A stretch of DNA of 64,000 nt from Cephaloticoccus sp. (GTDB taxonomy: Bacteria; Verrucomicrobiota; Verrucomicrobiia; Opitutales; Opitutaceae): positions 4,588 through 68,587 of the forward strand of contig JAXMOJ010000016.1 of the NCBI GenBank assembly GCA_034669935.1, given 5' to 3'. The translations under genes and the position numbers were made by a program. This document shows, in pieces, positions 33,187 through 42,394 of this stretch (positions within the stretch are counted from its first letter, which is position 1; every line of letters begins with the position of its first letter). Below the pieces are notes generated by a model. That model saw nothing but the letters and a program-made list of their open reading frames with translations. It had not been told where the DNA came from and made no database searches.

Positions 33187-33834
33187 ATGATTACATCGCT
33201 TTTAGGTAAAAAAATCGGCATGACGCAGGTCTACGACGCTAATAACGTCATTATTCCTGTTACTGTCGTCGAAGCAGGTCCCTGCTCGGTCGTCCAAGTC
33301 AAGACGACAGAGAACGATGGCTATGAAGCTATCCAATTGGGATACTCGCAAAAGAAGATCAAAAACACTTCTCGCGCTGAATTGAATCACGCCAAGAAGG
33401 CCGGTCTTGAAGCAGCACCACGTGTGCTCACCGAGATTCGTCTCACTGAGCCATCGGAAGCAAAACCTGGCGATGTCGTCACGGTTGAAGCCTTCTCGGA
33501 AGGACAAGTCGTCGACGTTCTTGGGGTAAGCAAGGGTAAGGGCTTTGCCGGTGTCGTTAAGCGTTACCGCGTCAAGGGCGGTCCTGCTTCTCACGGTTCC
33601 ATGTTTCATCGCCGCGTAGGTTCGGTCGGTATGCGCCAGACTCCTGGTCGCGTTTTCAAGAATCAAATCATGCCCGGTCAAATGGGTAACAAAAACCGCA
33701 CGGTGCAAAACCTGCGTGTTGTGCAAGTGATCAGTGACAAGAATCTTATTCTCGTCAAAGGCGCCATTCCCGGTGCCAACGGTGACGACGTCCTCGTCCG
33801 CACGGCTATCAAAGGCCAACGCAAGAGCGCTTAA
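33187..33834 (+). CDS. rplC: 50S ribosomal protein L3
   Basis: LLGKKIGMTQVYD....IPVTVVEAGPC.V.QVKT...DGY.A.QLG; GKGFAGV.KR. Confidence 0.98.
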   Translation: MITSLLGKKIGMTQVYDANNVIIPVTVVEAGPCSVVQVKTTENDGYEAIQLGYSQKKIKNTSRAELNHAKKAGLEAAPRVLTEIRLTEPSEAKPGDVVTVEAFSEGQVVDVLGVSKGKGFAGVVKRYRVKGGPASHGSMFHRRVGSVGMRQTPGRVFKNQIMPGQMGNKNRTVQNLRVVQVISDKNLILVKGAIPGANGDDVLVRTAIKGQRKSA

Positions 33835-33852
33835 TCCGGAGGACACTCAGAC

Positions 33853-34488
33853 ATGAAACTCAAAGTATTTAGCTCCGATGGCAAAACCAGCAGCGAAAAA
33901 GAATTCGCTGATTTGCCTACCTTCGAAGGCGATAAAGGTCTCCAAGCCGTTAAGGAAGTGATCGTCGCCATTAATGCCAATCGCCGCCAAGGCACTCACT
34001 CGACGAAGACTCGTGGCGAGGTAAGTGGTGGTGGTAAGAAGCCTTGGCGTCAAAAGGGAACAGGTCGCGCTCGCGCCGGTTCCTCCCGCTCCCCGATTTG
34101 GGTGGGTGGTGGTGTCGTCTTTGGCCCGAAGCCACGCGATTATTCCAAGAAGACCAATCAGAAGGTTAAGACTCTGGCTTTCAGCCGCGCTCTCTTTGAC
34201 CGTGTGTCTGCCGGTGAGGTTTCGGTCATCGAACAATTCTCGGTGGAGAAGCCCAAGACCAAGCTTATGAGCGAAGTGGTTAACCGCATCGTCCCTGCCG
34301 GCAAAGTCCTGCTCGTCGATGCTCCTTTTACGACTGAAACCGCTCTGGCCGCTCGCAATATCGATCGCGTTTACCTTCAGGAAGCCGCTGAACTCAACAC
34401 CCACGATCTTGCTCAATACGGCACGATCCTCGTGAGTGCTACGGCCCTCGAAACCATCATCGCTCGTGCCAATGGAGGTAAGAAATAA
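33853..34488 (+). CDS. rplD: 50S ribosomal protein L4
   Basis: GGGKKPWRQKGTGRARAGSSRSPIWVGGGVVFGPKPRDY. Confidence 0.98.
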   Translation: MKLKVFSSDGKTSSEKEFADLPTFEGDKGLQAVKEVIVAINANRRQGTHSTKTRGEVSGGGKKPWRQKGTGRARAGSSRSPIWVGGGVVFGPKPRDYSKKTNQKVKTLAFSRALFDRVSAGEVSVIEQFSVEKPKTKLMSEVVNRIVPAGKVLLVDAPFTTETALAARNIDRVYLQEAAELNTHDLAQYGTILVSATALETIIARANGGKK

Positions 34489-34769
34489 TGAATGCCGATA
34501 AAGTGCTCAAACACCTTCGCTTGACGGAAAAATCCAGCAAGCAATCCGCCGAACTCGGACAATATACTTTCGTTGTATTTGCCGATGCGAACAAACACGC
34601 GATCGCCGAAGCGGTGGAGCAGACCTTCAAGGTCACTGTTCGTCGCGTGAATGTCCAAAACTACGCTGGTAAGACCAAGCGCGGTCGCACTGGCCGAACC
34701 ACCACAGGTTCTGATTACAAGAAGGCTATCGTCACCTTAAAGGCTGGCGATCAGATCGAGCTCGTCTGA
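34488..34769 (+). CDS. rplW: 50S ribosomal protein L23
   Basis: L..LRLTEKS......YTF.V...ANK..I..AVE..F.V.V..VN......GK.KR. The start overlaps the rplD stop (TAATG). Confidence 0.97.
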   Translation: MNADKVLKHLRLTEKSSKQSAELGQYTFVVFADANKHAIAEAVEQTFKVTVRRVNVQNYAGKTKRGRTGRTTTGSDYKKAIVTLKAGDQIELV

Positions 34770-34791
34770 GCCCAAACCGGAGAATAGCACC

Positions 34792-35658
34792 ATGCCACTT
34801 AAATCATTTCGCCCGCTGACACCGACTCAGCGCTATACCACTCTCAACAGCAATAAATCGCTGGCAAAAAAGCGTCCGGAACGTTCGTTGACGGAAACGG
34901 AGCACAAGAGCGGTGGTCGCAACGCCTATGGCCGCGTCACTTCCCGCCGACGTGGGGGAGGGCACAAGCAGCTTTACCGTATCATCGACTTCCGTCGCGA
35001 TATCCTCGATATGCCCGCCAAGGTGCAGGCCATTGAGTATGATCCGAATCGTTCGGCCAATATTGCCTTGGTGGCTTACACCAACGGTCAAAAGCGATAC
35101 ATCCTCGCTCCCGAGGGTCTTGAAGTTGGCGCGAGCATCAATGCTTCCAACACGGCGACTCGGAACGATTTCATCGTGGGTTACAACTACCCGCTCTCGA
35201 TCATCCCTCTCTCCACTCGGATCCACGCGGTTGAACTCGTTCCCGGTCAAGGTGCTCAATTGGCACGCTCGGCAGGCACTTCGGTCCAACTCGTAGCCGT
35301 CGAAAATGGGATGGCTCAGCTCAAGATGCCTTCCGGCGAATTGCGTTTGGTGAATGCCAAGTGCCGCGCGACGGTTGGTGAAGTGGGTAACAGCGATCAC
35401 GGAAGCCAAAAACTCGGCAAAGCCGGTCGCAATCGCTGGCTCGGTAAGCGCCCCCGCGTTCGTGGTATTGTCATGAATCCAGTCGATCACCCCAATGGTG
35501 GTGGTAATGGAAAGTCCAAGGGTGGTGGTGGTCGCCAGCATCCTGTTTCTCCTTGGGGTCAACTCGCCAAAGGGTTCCCAACCCGTCGTCGCTCCAAGGC
35601 TTCCAACGCCCTGATCATTGTCCACCACAACGGCCGTAAGCCACGTGGACGTAAATAA
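34792..35658 (+). CDS. rplB: 50S ribosomal protein L2
   Basis: GGRN..GR.T.R.RGGGHK..YR.IDF.R; GRNRWLGKRP.VRG..MNPVDHP.GGG.G. Confidence 0.98.
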   Translation: MPLKSFRPLTPTQRYTTLNSNKSLAKKRPERSLTETEHKSGGRNAYGRVTSRRRGGGHKQLYRIIDFRRDILDMPAKVQAIEYDPNRSANIALVAYTNGQKRYILAPEGLEVGASINASNTATRNDFIVGYNYPLSIIPLSTRIHAVELVPGQGAQLARSAGTSVQLVAVENGMAQLKMPSGELRLVNAKCRATVGEVGNSDHGSQKLGKAGRNRWLGKRPRVRGIVMNPVDHPNGGGNGKSKGGGGRQHPVSPWGQLAKGFPTRRRSKASNALIIVHHNGRKPRGRK

Positions 35659-35677
35659 CTCTTAGCACTATCGCATT

Positions 35678-35947
35678 ATGGCACGTTCCATCAAAAAAGG
35701 CTTCTTCGTTGACTACCACCTTCTCTCGAAAATCGAGAAGGCGGAACAATCTGGCGGCCGCAAGCCCATCCAGACCTGGTCACGCCGCTCGACGATCACT
35801 CCTGATTTCGTCGGCCATACCTTCAATGTTCACAACGGCAAGGCCTTCATCACCGTGTATGTCACGGAGAATATGGTGGGTCACAAACTCGGTGAATTCT
35901 CACTGACTCGCACATTTAAAGCTCACGGCAATACCGCCAAGAAGTAA
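35678..35947 (+). CDS. rpsS: 30S ribosomal protein S19
   Basis: [17 protein letters not shown]......[42 protein letters not shown]. Confidence 0.98.
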   Translation: MARSIKKGFFVDYHLLSKIEKAEQSGGRKPIQTWSRRSTITPDFVGHTFNVHNGKAFITVYVTENMVGHKLGEFSLTRTFKAHGNTAKK

Positions 35948-36019
35948 TCCGACGTAATTTAAACTAAAAGGGCAGGGCATCACTCCGATACTACTGTCGC
36001 CTTCAAAGGAATCATCTCA

Positions 36020-36361
36020 ATGGAAGTTCTCTCACTCACCCGCAACGCACGCATGTCGCCCAAGAAAATGCGCGATGTTGCACGCATTATACAGGGACGC
36101 AAAGCTGCGTCCGCTGTCGATTACTTGGAGTTAATACCTCGCAAGTCGGCACGCTTGATCAATAAGACGCTCAAGAGCGCCATCGCCAACGCTGAGAATA
36201 ATAACAATCTCTCGGCCGACGATCTTACGATCAAGTCTGCGATCATCGAAAATGGTCCGGTGCTGAAGCGCTTCAAGGCGGGTGCACGCGGCACTGCGAA
36301 GCCTCGTAAAAAGAAAATGTCTCACATCCGTATCGTCCTCACTGACGGCAACACTAACTGA
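36020..36361 (+). CDS. rplV: 50S ribosomal protein L22
   Basis: [23 protein letters not shown]...L....K.....K.L.SA.ANAENN; position in the S10 operon. Confidence 0.97.
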   Translation: MEVLSLTRNARMSPKKMRDVARIIQGRKAASAVDYLELIPRKSARLINKTLKSAIANAENNNNLSADDLTIKSAIIENGPVLKRFKAGARGTAKPRKKKMSHIRIVLTDGNTN

Positions 36362-36369
36362 TTTATACC

Positions 36370-37002
36370 ATGGGCCAAAAAACCAATCCAATCGGTTTCC
36401 GTCTTGCCGTCCGTCGCAACTGGCAATCTCGCTGGTATGCTACCAAGAAGGACTTCAGCAAGCTCCTTCAAGAAGATAATCTTATCCGTGAAAAGCTCAT
36501 GGAAAAGCTTAAGCAGGCTTCCGTGCCTCGCATTTTCATTGAACGCGCTTCAAACCGCGTCCGGGTTAAGATCTACACTGCCCGTCCCGGTATCGTTATC
36601 GGTCGCAAGGGTCAGGAAATCGAGAAAATCAAGGACGACCTCTCCAAGTTGACCGGCAAGGATATCCTGCTCGACATCCAAGAGGTTAAGAAACCTGAAA
36701 TCGAAGCTCAACTCGTGGCGGAGAATGTGGCACTTCAGCTCGAACGTCGGATTGCTTTCCGTCGTGCGATGAAGAAGGCCGTTGAAATCGCCATGACACT
36801 TGGTGCCGAGGGTATTCGTATCCAATGTTCTGGTCGTCTCGGTGGTGCGGATATCGCCCGTCGTGAGTGGCAGCGTAAGGGACGGGTGCCATTGCATACC
36901 TTGCGTGAAAACATCGACTACGGATTCACCGAAGCTAACACCGTCTACGGCAAGATCGGCATCAAGTGCTGGATCTGCAAACCCGAAGCCGACAACAACT
37001 GA
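36370..37002 (+). CDS. rpsC: 30S ribosomal protein S3
   Basis: [12 protein letters not shown].....W.SRWYA.KK.F; KH domain [12 protein letters not shown]; GRLGGA.IAR.EW...[12 protein letters not shown]. Confidence 0.98.
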   Translation: MGQKTNPIGFRLAVRRNWQSRWYATKKDFSKLLQEDNLIREKLMEKLKQASVPRIFIERASNRVRVKIYTARPGIVIGRKGQEIEKIKDDLSKLTGKDILLDIQEVKKPEIEAQLVAENVALQLERRIAFRRAMKKAVEIAMTLGAEGIRIQCSGRLGGADIARREWQRKGRVPLHTLRENIDYGFTEANTVYGKIGIKCWICKPEADNN

Positions 37003-37037
37003 TCCCCTAGGATTATCTAATTTAGGAGACAATACAC

Positions 37038-37454
37038 ATGGCTCTCGCACCAGCTCGCACCAAATATCGTAAATCTCACAAAGGCTCCCGCGCCGGGAAT
37101 GCTAAGCGTGGCAACACGCTCGCTTTCGGCGATTACGGACTCCAATCCCTGACCCGCGGTTATATGACCGGTCGTCAGATTGAAGCCGCCCGTGTGACCG
37201 TTACCCGCCACCTGAAGCGTAAGGGTAAGGTTTGGATTCGCGTTTTCCCTCACAAACCAATCACCAAGAAACCAGCGGAAACTCGCATGGGTAAAGGTAA
37301 GGGTTCTGTGGATCATTACGTAGCCGTCATTAAACCCGGCGCAATGCTACTTGAACTTTCCGGCGTGCCCGCGTCCATCGCGAAGGAGGCTTTCCGTCTA
37401 GCTGACGCGAAGCTGCCTTTCCACTGCCGTTTCATCACCCGCGAAGGCAACTAA
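37038..37454 (+). CDS. rplP: 50S ribosomal protein L16
   Basis: P.RTKYRK.HKG...G.A..GN...FGDYGLQ......T.RQIEAARV...[31 protein letters not shown] lies upstream. Confidence 0.98.
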   Translation: MALAPARTKYRKSHKGSRAGNAKRGNTLAFGDYGLQSLTRGYMTGRQIEAARVTVTRHLKRKGKVWIRVFPHKPITKKPAETRMGKGKGSVDHYVAVIKPGAMLLELSGVPASIAKEAFRLADAKLPFHCRFITREGN

Positions 37455-37483
37455 GGCCTGAGTAACACCTGGACTATCTAGCC

Positions 37484-37681
37484 ATGACTTCGAAAGAAAT
37501 CCGCGAACTCTCGCCTGTCGAGATCACCACCAAGCTCCGCGAAACGCGTGAGCAACTCCTCCAACTGCGTCTGCGTAAGCAGACCGGTCAGGTCGAGAAA
37601 ACCCACGAGCTGCGTTTCCTCCGCAAGGATATCGCTCGTCTCGAAACCGTCCTGAACGAAAAGAACCGTCAAGCCGCCTGA
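37484..37681 (+). CDS. rpmC: 50S ribosomal protein L29
   Basis: 65 aa. EIRELS..E....L.E.RE.L..LR......Q...TH.LR..RKDIARL.T.LNE. Confidence 0.95.
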   Translation: MTSKEIRELSPVEITTKLRETREQLLQLRLRKQTGQVEKTHELRFLRKDIARLETVLNEKNRQAA

Positions 37682-37697
37682 GGCGCGCCTTATAGCC

Positions 37698-38033
37698 ATG
37701 TCACAACAAGCCCGCCAAACCAGTCGCAAGACCCTGATCGGATTCGTCACTAGCCGCTCCGGCGACAAGTCGATTAAGGTCACGATTCCTTACAAGGTTC
37801 CACATCCTCTCTATCACAAGATCGTTAACCGCAAATCCGTTGTGCATGCTCATGACGAGAAAAATGAAGCCAAGATCGGCGACAAGGTTGAGATCACCGA
37901 GACCCGTCCGATCAGCCGCCTCAAGCGCTGGCGTATCACTGCGATTTTGGAACAAGCCGAGGGCGCCACTGATGTGGCTGTCACCGAACAGGATGTCGCC
38001 GACGTCGTTCCGACCAAGAACACCGAGTCTTAA
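37698..38033 (+). CDS. rpsQ: 30S ribosomal protein S17 (with a C-terminal acidic tail)
   Basis: L.G.V.S...DKSI.V.......HPLY.K.V.R......HDE.NEAKIGD.VEI.ETRPIS..KRW. Confidence 0.96.
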   Translation: MSQQARQTSRKTLIGFVTSRSGDKSIKVTIPYKVPHPLYHKIVNRKSVVHAHDEKNEAKIGDKVEITETRPISRLKRWRITAILEQAEGATDVAVTEQDVADVVPTKNTES

Positions 38034-38078
38034 GACCTCCGTTACAATTATTCACAATTTTAAACCCAAAGGTTTGTC

Positions 38079-38447
38079 ATGATTCAAATGCGTTCCGTTC
38101 TCACCGTCGCCGATAATACCGGCGCTCGGAAAGTCGCCATGATCCGTAAAACGGGTCAAAACACCAAGACTGCTGGTATCGGCGACATCATCACCGTTCA
38201 CGTGAAAGAAAGCTCAACTGACGCGAGCGTGAAAAAGGGTGAAGTCACCAAAGCCGTAGTTGTTCGCACCAAAGCGCCAGTTCGTCGCGCGGACGGCAGC
38301 TACCTACGTTTCGATAGCAATGCGGTCGTTATACTCGACTCTAGTAATTCCAATCCCAAGGGCACCCGTATCTTCGGTCCTGTTGCCCGCGAACTACGTG
38401 CGAAGAAGTTCATGAAGATCATCTCGCTCGCACCGGAGGTTCTCTAA
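38079..38447 (+). CDS. rplN: 50S ribosomal protein L14
   Basis: [19 protein letters not shown].......GD.I.V.VKE........KG.V..AVVVRT.....R.DGS...FD.NA.V. Confidence 0.98.
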   Translation: MIQMRSVLTVADNTGARKVAMIRKTGQNTKTAGIGDIITVHVKESSTDASVKKGEVTKAVVVRTKAPVRRADGSYLRFDSNAVVILDSSNSNPKGTRIFGPVARELRAKKFMKIISLAPEVL

Positions 38448-38448
38448 C

Positions 38449-38721
38449 ATGTTAAAAGCTCACATTAAACGTGGCGATGATGTCGTCGTCATCTCCGGCT
38501 CCCATAAAGGTAAGGAAGGCAAAATCCTTGAGATCCTGCCGGCCAAATACCGTGCTCGCGTCGAAGGCGTCGCGATGGTCAAGCGCCACTTGAAGAAGAC
38601 CCAGGAAAGCCCTCAGGGGTCTATTTCCGAGCGTGAAGGTTCGATTCATATCTCCAATCTCATGCTCAAATCCGTCTACGATGCGAGTAAGCGCGCCAAA
38701 GCAGAAGTCGCGGCGTCTTAA
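38449..38721 (+). CDS. rplX: 50S ribosomal protein L24
   Basis: IKRGDDVVVISGSHKGKEGKILEI (KOW motif); position after rplN. Confidence 0.96.
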   Translation: MLKAHIKRGDDVVVISGSHKGKEGKILEILPAKYRARVEGVAMVKRHLKKTQESPQGSISEREGSIHISNLMLKSVYDASKRAKAEVAAS

Positions 38722-38829
38722 TCGCCAACTGCATGCTTGCCAAACCTAACTTAAAACTGCGTTACTGATCGCTTTTCCTCAGCAAACTCATCCCATTGCC
38801 TCCGGGTCGGAAATCCGGTGGCTCACATT

Positions 38830-39390
38830 ATGAGCACTATTCCTTCACTCAAAACCCACTACATCGAGCAGGTCGTTCCCGCCCTGACGAAGAGTCGTGG
38901 CTACAAGAATCTCCATAACGTTCCTCAAATTACGAAGATCGTTCTGAATACCGGTATTGATACCAATGCCGATAAAAATCAGATCAGCGATATCCAACGC
39001 GATCTTGGTTTGATCGCCGGTCAAAAGCCCGTGCTCACCAAGGCAAAGAAGGCGATTTCGAACTTCAAGTTGCGCCAAGGCCAAGTCGTGGGTTGCTGTG
39101 TGACACTCCGTGGTAAAGCGATGTGGGAATTCCTCTATCGCACCCTGGCAGTTGCACTGCCTACAATCCGTGACTTTCGTGGTGTCTCCACCCGGTTGGA
39201 CGGCAATGGTAACTACAATCTCGGTATCTCTGATTTCACAATCTTTCCCGAGATCACCGTGGAAAACGTTAAGACCAATATGGGCCTTGATATCACAATC
39301 GTAACGACCGCCAAATCGGACGATGAAGGCCGCGAGCTGCTGCAATTGCTTGGAATGCCTTTCCGTCGCCCCGAAAAAACAGCCGCCTAA
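38830..39390 (+). CDS. rplE: 50S ribosomal protein L5
   Basis: L..HY.E.V.PAL.....Y.N...VP.I.KIVLN.G......D..........DL..I.GQKP..T.AKK.I..FKLR.G...G..VTLRG..MWEFL. ATG at 38830; the track start at 38818 is GTG. Confidence 0.96.
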   Translation: MSTIPSLKTHYIEQVVPALTKSRGYKNLHNVPQITKIVLNTGIDTNADKNQISDIQRDLGLIAGQKPVLTKAKKAISNFKLRQGQVVGCCVTLRGKAMWEFLYRTLAVALPTIRDFRGVSTRLDGNGNYNLGISDFTIFPEITVENVKTNMGLDITIVTTAKSDDEGRELLQLLGMPFRRPEKTAA

Positions 39391-39405
39391 TTTTTATACT
39401 GAGCC

Positions 39406-39711
39406 ATGCCGAAAACATCCGCCATCGAACGCAATAAGAAGCGTATCCGTCTCGTCGAAAAGTATCAGGCCAAGCGAGCCGAGCTCAAAGCTACCCTCGC
39501 GAATCCAGATACAAACGACGAAGATTTCTTCGCCGCCCAGCGTAAACTCGCCAAGCTGCCCCGCAATTCTTCCAAGGTGCGCATCAAAAATCGCTGCGCT
39601 TTGAGCGGTCGTCCCCGTTCATTCATCCGCAAGTTCGGTATGTCTCGTATCACTTTCCGTGAATTCGCGTTGGCCGGGAAGATTCCCGGTGTGACGAAAT
39701 CCTCCTGGTAA
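39406..39711 (+). CDS. rpsN: 30S ribosomal protein S14, long (non-zinc) form
   Basis: 101 aa. [13 protein letters not shown]...V.KY..KR.ELK....; ends NRC..SGRPR...RKFG.SRI.FRE.A..G.IPGV.K.SW. No CxxC pairs. Confidence 0.97.
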   Translation: MPKTSAIERNKKRIRLVEKYQAKRAELKATLANPDTNDEDFFAAQRKLAKLPRNSSKVRIKNRCALSGRPRSFIRKFGMSRITFREFALAGKIPGVTKSSW

Positions 39712-39774
39712 TCCAAATTTTGGGACGACGAGAGTTGGATATGACTCGTCGCCTCTTCAAACCAAACATCCACC

Positions 39775-40167
39775 ATGAACGATCCTATTAGTGATTTTCT
39801 GACCCGCCTCCGCAATGCGTCGAGAGCGCGTCTTGATGAATGCGTCGCCCCGCATTCCAAACTCAAGGAGAGCATTGCTGCTATCCTTAAAGCTGATGGC
39901 TTTATCACCGATTTCAGCATTGGCGCAGATGACCGCGGTCACAAGACGCTCATTCTGAAGATGAAGTATGTCGATGGTGCTCCTGTGATCACCGATCTGC
40001 AGCGCGTGTCGAAACCCGGCCGCCGTCTCTACTTTAAATACACCGAGATTCCCCGTGTTTTGAACGGTCTTGGTATTTCCATCCTCTCTACATCCCAAGG
40101 TCTTATGAAAGATCAGGATGCTCGCCGTAACAAGGCGGGGGGCGAGGTCATCTGCAAGATTTGGTAA
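39775..40167 (+). CDS. rpsH: 30S ribosomal protein S8
   Basis: M.DPISDFLTRLRNA..A........P.SKLK..IA.ILK..GFI.DF; ends GGEV.C..W. Confidence 0.98.
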   Translation: MNDPISDFLTRLRNASRARLDECVAPHSKLKESIAAILKADGFITDFSIGADDRGHKTLILKMKYVDGAPVITDLQRVSKPGRRLYFKYTEIPRVLNGLGISILSTSQGLMKDQDARRNKAGGEVICKIW

Positions 40168-40181
40168 GGAGATCACGCACC

Positions 40182-40718
40182 ATGAGTCGTATTGGCAAAC
40201 AACCCGTTCCCATTCCTGAAAAGGTTAAGGTCGATATCCAAGGACATACTGTGTCCGTGGAAGGTCCCAAGGGAAAAGTAACAAAGAGTTTCGCTCCGGT
40301 GGTCACGATCACCCAAAAAGAGCAGGAGATCATCGTCGAAAAGTCTGAAGAGACCCGTTTCGCTCGTGCCATGTATGGCACCGCTCGTTCCATCATTGCT
40401 GGAATGGTCCAAGGCGTAAGCGAAGGTTTCTTTAAGGAACTTGAGATTAAGGGCGTCGGTTTCCGCGCTGTGTTGAAGGGCAATAAGCTCGATCTCGCGC
40501 TGGGCTACTCTCACGAAATCATCATGGATGTCCCCGAGGGCATCACGATTACCGTCACCGATCAGACCAAAGTAAAGGTCGAGGGTGCCGACAAACAACT
40601 CGTTGGTGCCGTCACCGCCGAGATGCGCAGCTACTACAAGCCAGAGCCTTACAAGGGCAAGGGTGTCCATATTGTCGGTGATTACGTCCGCCGTAAGGAA
40701 GGTAAGACTGTCGCTTAA
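40182..40718 (+). CDS. rplF: 50S ribosomal protein L6
   Basis: MSRIGKQPVPIPEKVKV......V.V.GPKG; ...KGVGFRA......L.L.LGYSH; YKGKG. AAGGAG lies upstream of the ATG at 40182. Confidence 0.97.
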   Translation: MSRIGKQPVPIPEKVKVDIQGHTVSVEGPKGKVTKSFAPVVTITQKEQEIIVEKSEETRFARAMYGTARSIIAGMVQGVSEGFFKELEIKGVGFRAVLKGNKLDLALGYSHEIIMDVPEGITITVTDQTKVKVEGADKQLVGAVTAEMRSYYKPEPYKGKGVHIVGDYVRRKEGKTVA

Positions 40719-40754
40719 TCCTATCTGTAATTCACATATTTCAGGGTAAATCCC

Positions 40755-41117
40755 ATGAACACTATTCATAAATCCAAACTCCTCCAACGCCGACGTTGGA
40801 GAATCCGTAAGAAAATCAACGGCACCGCGGAACGTCCCCGCGTCTCTGTCAAATTCACCGGTAAGCATATCTATGCACAAGCCGTGGATGACGATAAAGC
40901 CGTGACCCTCGCTTTTCTTTCCAGCCTCGATGCCGAGCTGCGCAAAAAGAAGATCGCTGCTAATGTGGCAGGTGCCAAGGAGCTCGGCTCCGCGTTCGCC
41001 GAAAAAGCCAAGGCAGCCGGGATCTCCAGTGTGGTCTTTGATCGCAACGGAGCCCGTTTTCACGGAAAAGTTAAACAATTCGCCGATGCTGCCCGCGAGG
41101 GTGGTCTTCAATTCTAA
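40755..41117 (+). CDS. rplR: 50S ribosomal protein L18
   Basis: RR..RIRKKI.GTAERPR..V..T.KHIYAQ..DD...; VFDR.G...HG.VK.FADAAREGGL.F. Confidence 0.97.
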   Translation: MNTIHKSKLLQRRRWRIRKKINGTAERPRVSVKFTGKHIYAQAVDDDKAVTLAFLSSLDAELRKKKIAANVAGAKELGSAFAEKAKAAGISSVVFDRNGARFHGKVKQFADAAREGGLQF

Positions 41118-41126
41118 GGCACGCCC

Positions 41127-41807
41127 ATGAGCACTGATTCCAAACCCGCCTCTTCTGAAACTCCTTCCCCGGCTCCTGCGTCAAGCGGAGCACCGTCTGC
41201 CGCTCCGGCGAATAACGGTGGGGCTCCCGGTCAACGCCCCGGTGGCAATCGCTCCGGCGGTCCCGGTGGTGGTAACCGCCCTGGCCAACGTCGCGATAAT
41301 CGCGGTGGTCCTCGTCGCGACAATCGACGTCGTGACGAACCTTCCGATGGCCCAACAATGATCGAGAAAGTGGTTTTCATTAACCGTTGCGCCAAGGTCG
41401 TTAAAGGTGGCCGTCGATTCAGCTTTTCTGCGCTCTCCGTCGTTGGAGATGGCAAGGGCAAGCTCGGCGTCGGCTACGGCAAAGCGAACGAAGTGCCGGA
41501 AGCGATTCGCAAAAGCACGGCTCACGCTAACAAGCACATGGTCGACGTGAAACTTAAGGGTGACACGATCCCACACGAGGTGCTTGGTGAATCCGATGGC
41601 GGCAAAGTTTTGCTTCGCCCAGCCGTAACCGGAACGGGCCTCATCGCCGGTGGTGGTGTGCGCGCTGTGCTTGAAGCTGCCGGGGTGAAAAACGTGCTGA
41701 CGAAGTCGCTCGGCTCGAACAATCACTTGGCGGTCGTTAATGCGACTTTAGCCGGTCTCCTCCGGTTGCGCACACTCGAGCAAGTGAAGACTGCCCGGAA
41801 GAGCTAA
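41127..41807 (+). CDS. rpsE: 30S ribosomal protein S5 with a ~70-aa Pro/Gly/Arg/Asn-rich N-terminal extension
   Basis: Core: [50 protein letters not shown]...[28 protein letters not shown]. The ATG at 41127 lies 9 nt after rplR. An internal ATG (codon 78, nt 41358) is an alternative start. Confidence 0.93.
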   Translation: MSTDSKPASSETPSPAPASSGAPSAAPANNGGAPGQRPGGNRSGGPGGGNRPGQRRDNRGGPRRDNRRRDEPSDGPTMIEKVVFINRCAKVVKGGRRFSFSALSVVGDGKGKLGVGYGKANEVPEAIRKSTAHANKHMVDVKLKGDTIPHEVLGESDGGKVLLRPAVTGTGLIAGGGVRAVLEAAGVKNVLTKSLGSNNHLAVVNATLAGLLRLRTLEQVKTARKS

Positions 41808-41884
41808 GAAATACTGAATTACTATTACAATCCGAGTCCAAGCCGCGAGACACGCGGGGAGGGCGATCCCAATCGAGGAACCCA

Positions 41885-42331
41885 ATGAAATTACACGAAC
41901 TCAAGAATGTTAAAGGTGCGATCCACCGGAAAAAACGCGTAGGCTGCGGTGAAGGTGGCGGCCATGGTAAGACTTCCGGTCGTGGTGGCAAAGGTCAGAC
42001 CGCCCGTTCAGGTGGCAGTATCCGCCCCGGTTTTGAAGGTGGTCAAATGCCTCTTTACCGTAAACTGCCCCGTCGCGGTTTTAACCAAGCTGCATTCCGC
42101 ACGGAAGCTGCTGTGGTCAATCTCGATGATCTGAAGGCAATCGCCGACGACGTTACTGAGGTTAATGCTCAGGTGCTCGCCGATAATGGCCTCCTCCGTA
42201 AGGACGAGACCTTCGTCAAGGTATTGGGCAATGGGGAAATCACCCGCGCGCTCAAAATTACCGCTTCGAAATTCTCAGCTTCGGCCAAGGAAAAAATCGA
42301 GAAAGCCGGTGGCGAAGCCATCGTTGCCTAA
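41885..42331 (+). CDS. rplO: 50S ribosomal protein L15
   Basis: MKLHEL.......K.RVG.G.GGGHGKTSGRG.KGQ.ARSGG..RPGFEGGQMPLYR.LP.RGF. Confidence 0.97.
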   Translation: MKLHELKNVKGAIHRKKRVGCGEGGGHGKTSGRGGKGQTARSGGSIRPGFEGGQMPLYRKLPRRGFNQAAFRTEAAVVNLDDLKAIADDVTEVNAQVLADNGLLRKDETFVKVLGNGEITRALKITASKFSASAKEKIEKAGGEAIVA

Positions 42332-42394
42332 TGTAAGTTGCGGGATAGTGTTTCCCGTTCATCTTTTTCTCACGATTTCAGCCCCTCTCACTAA

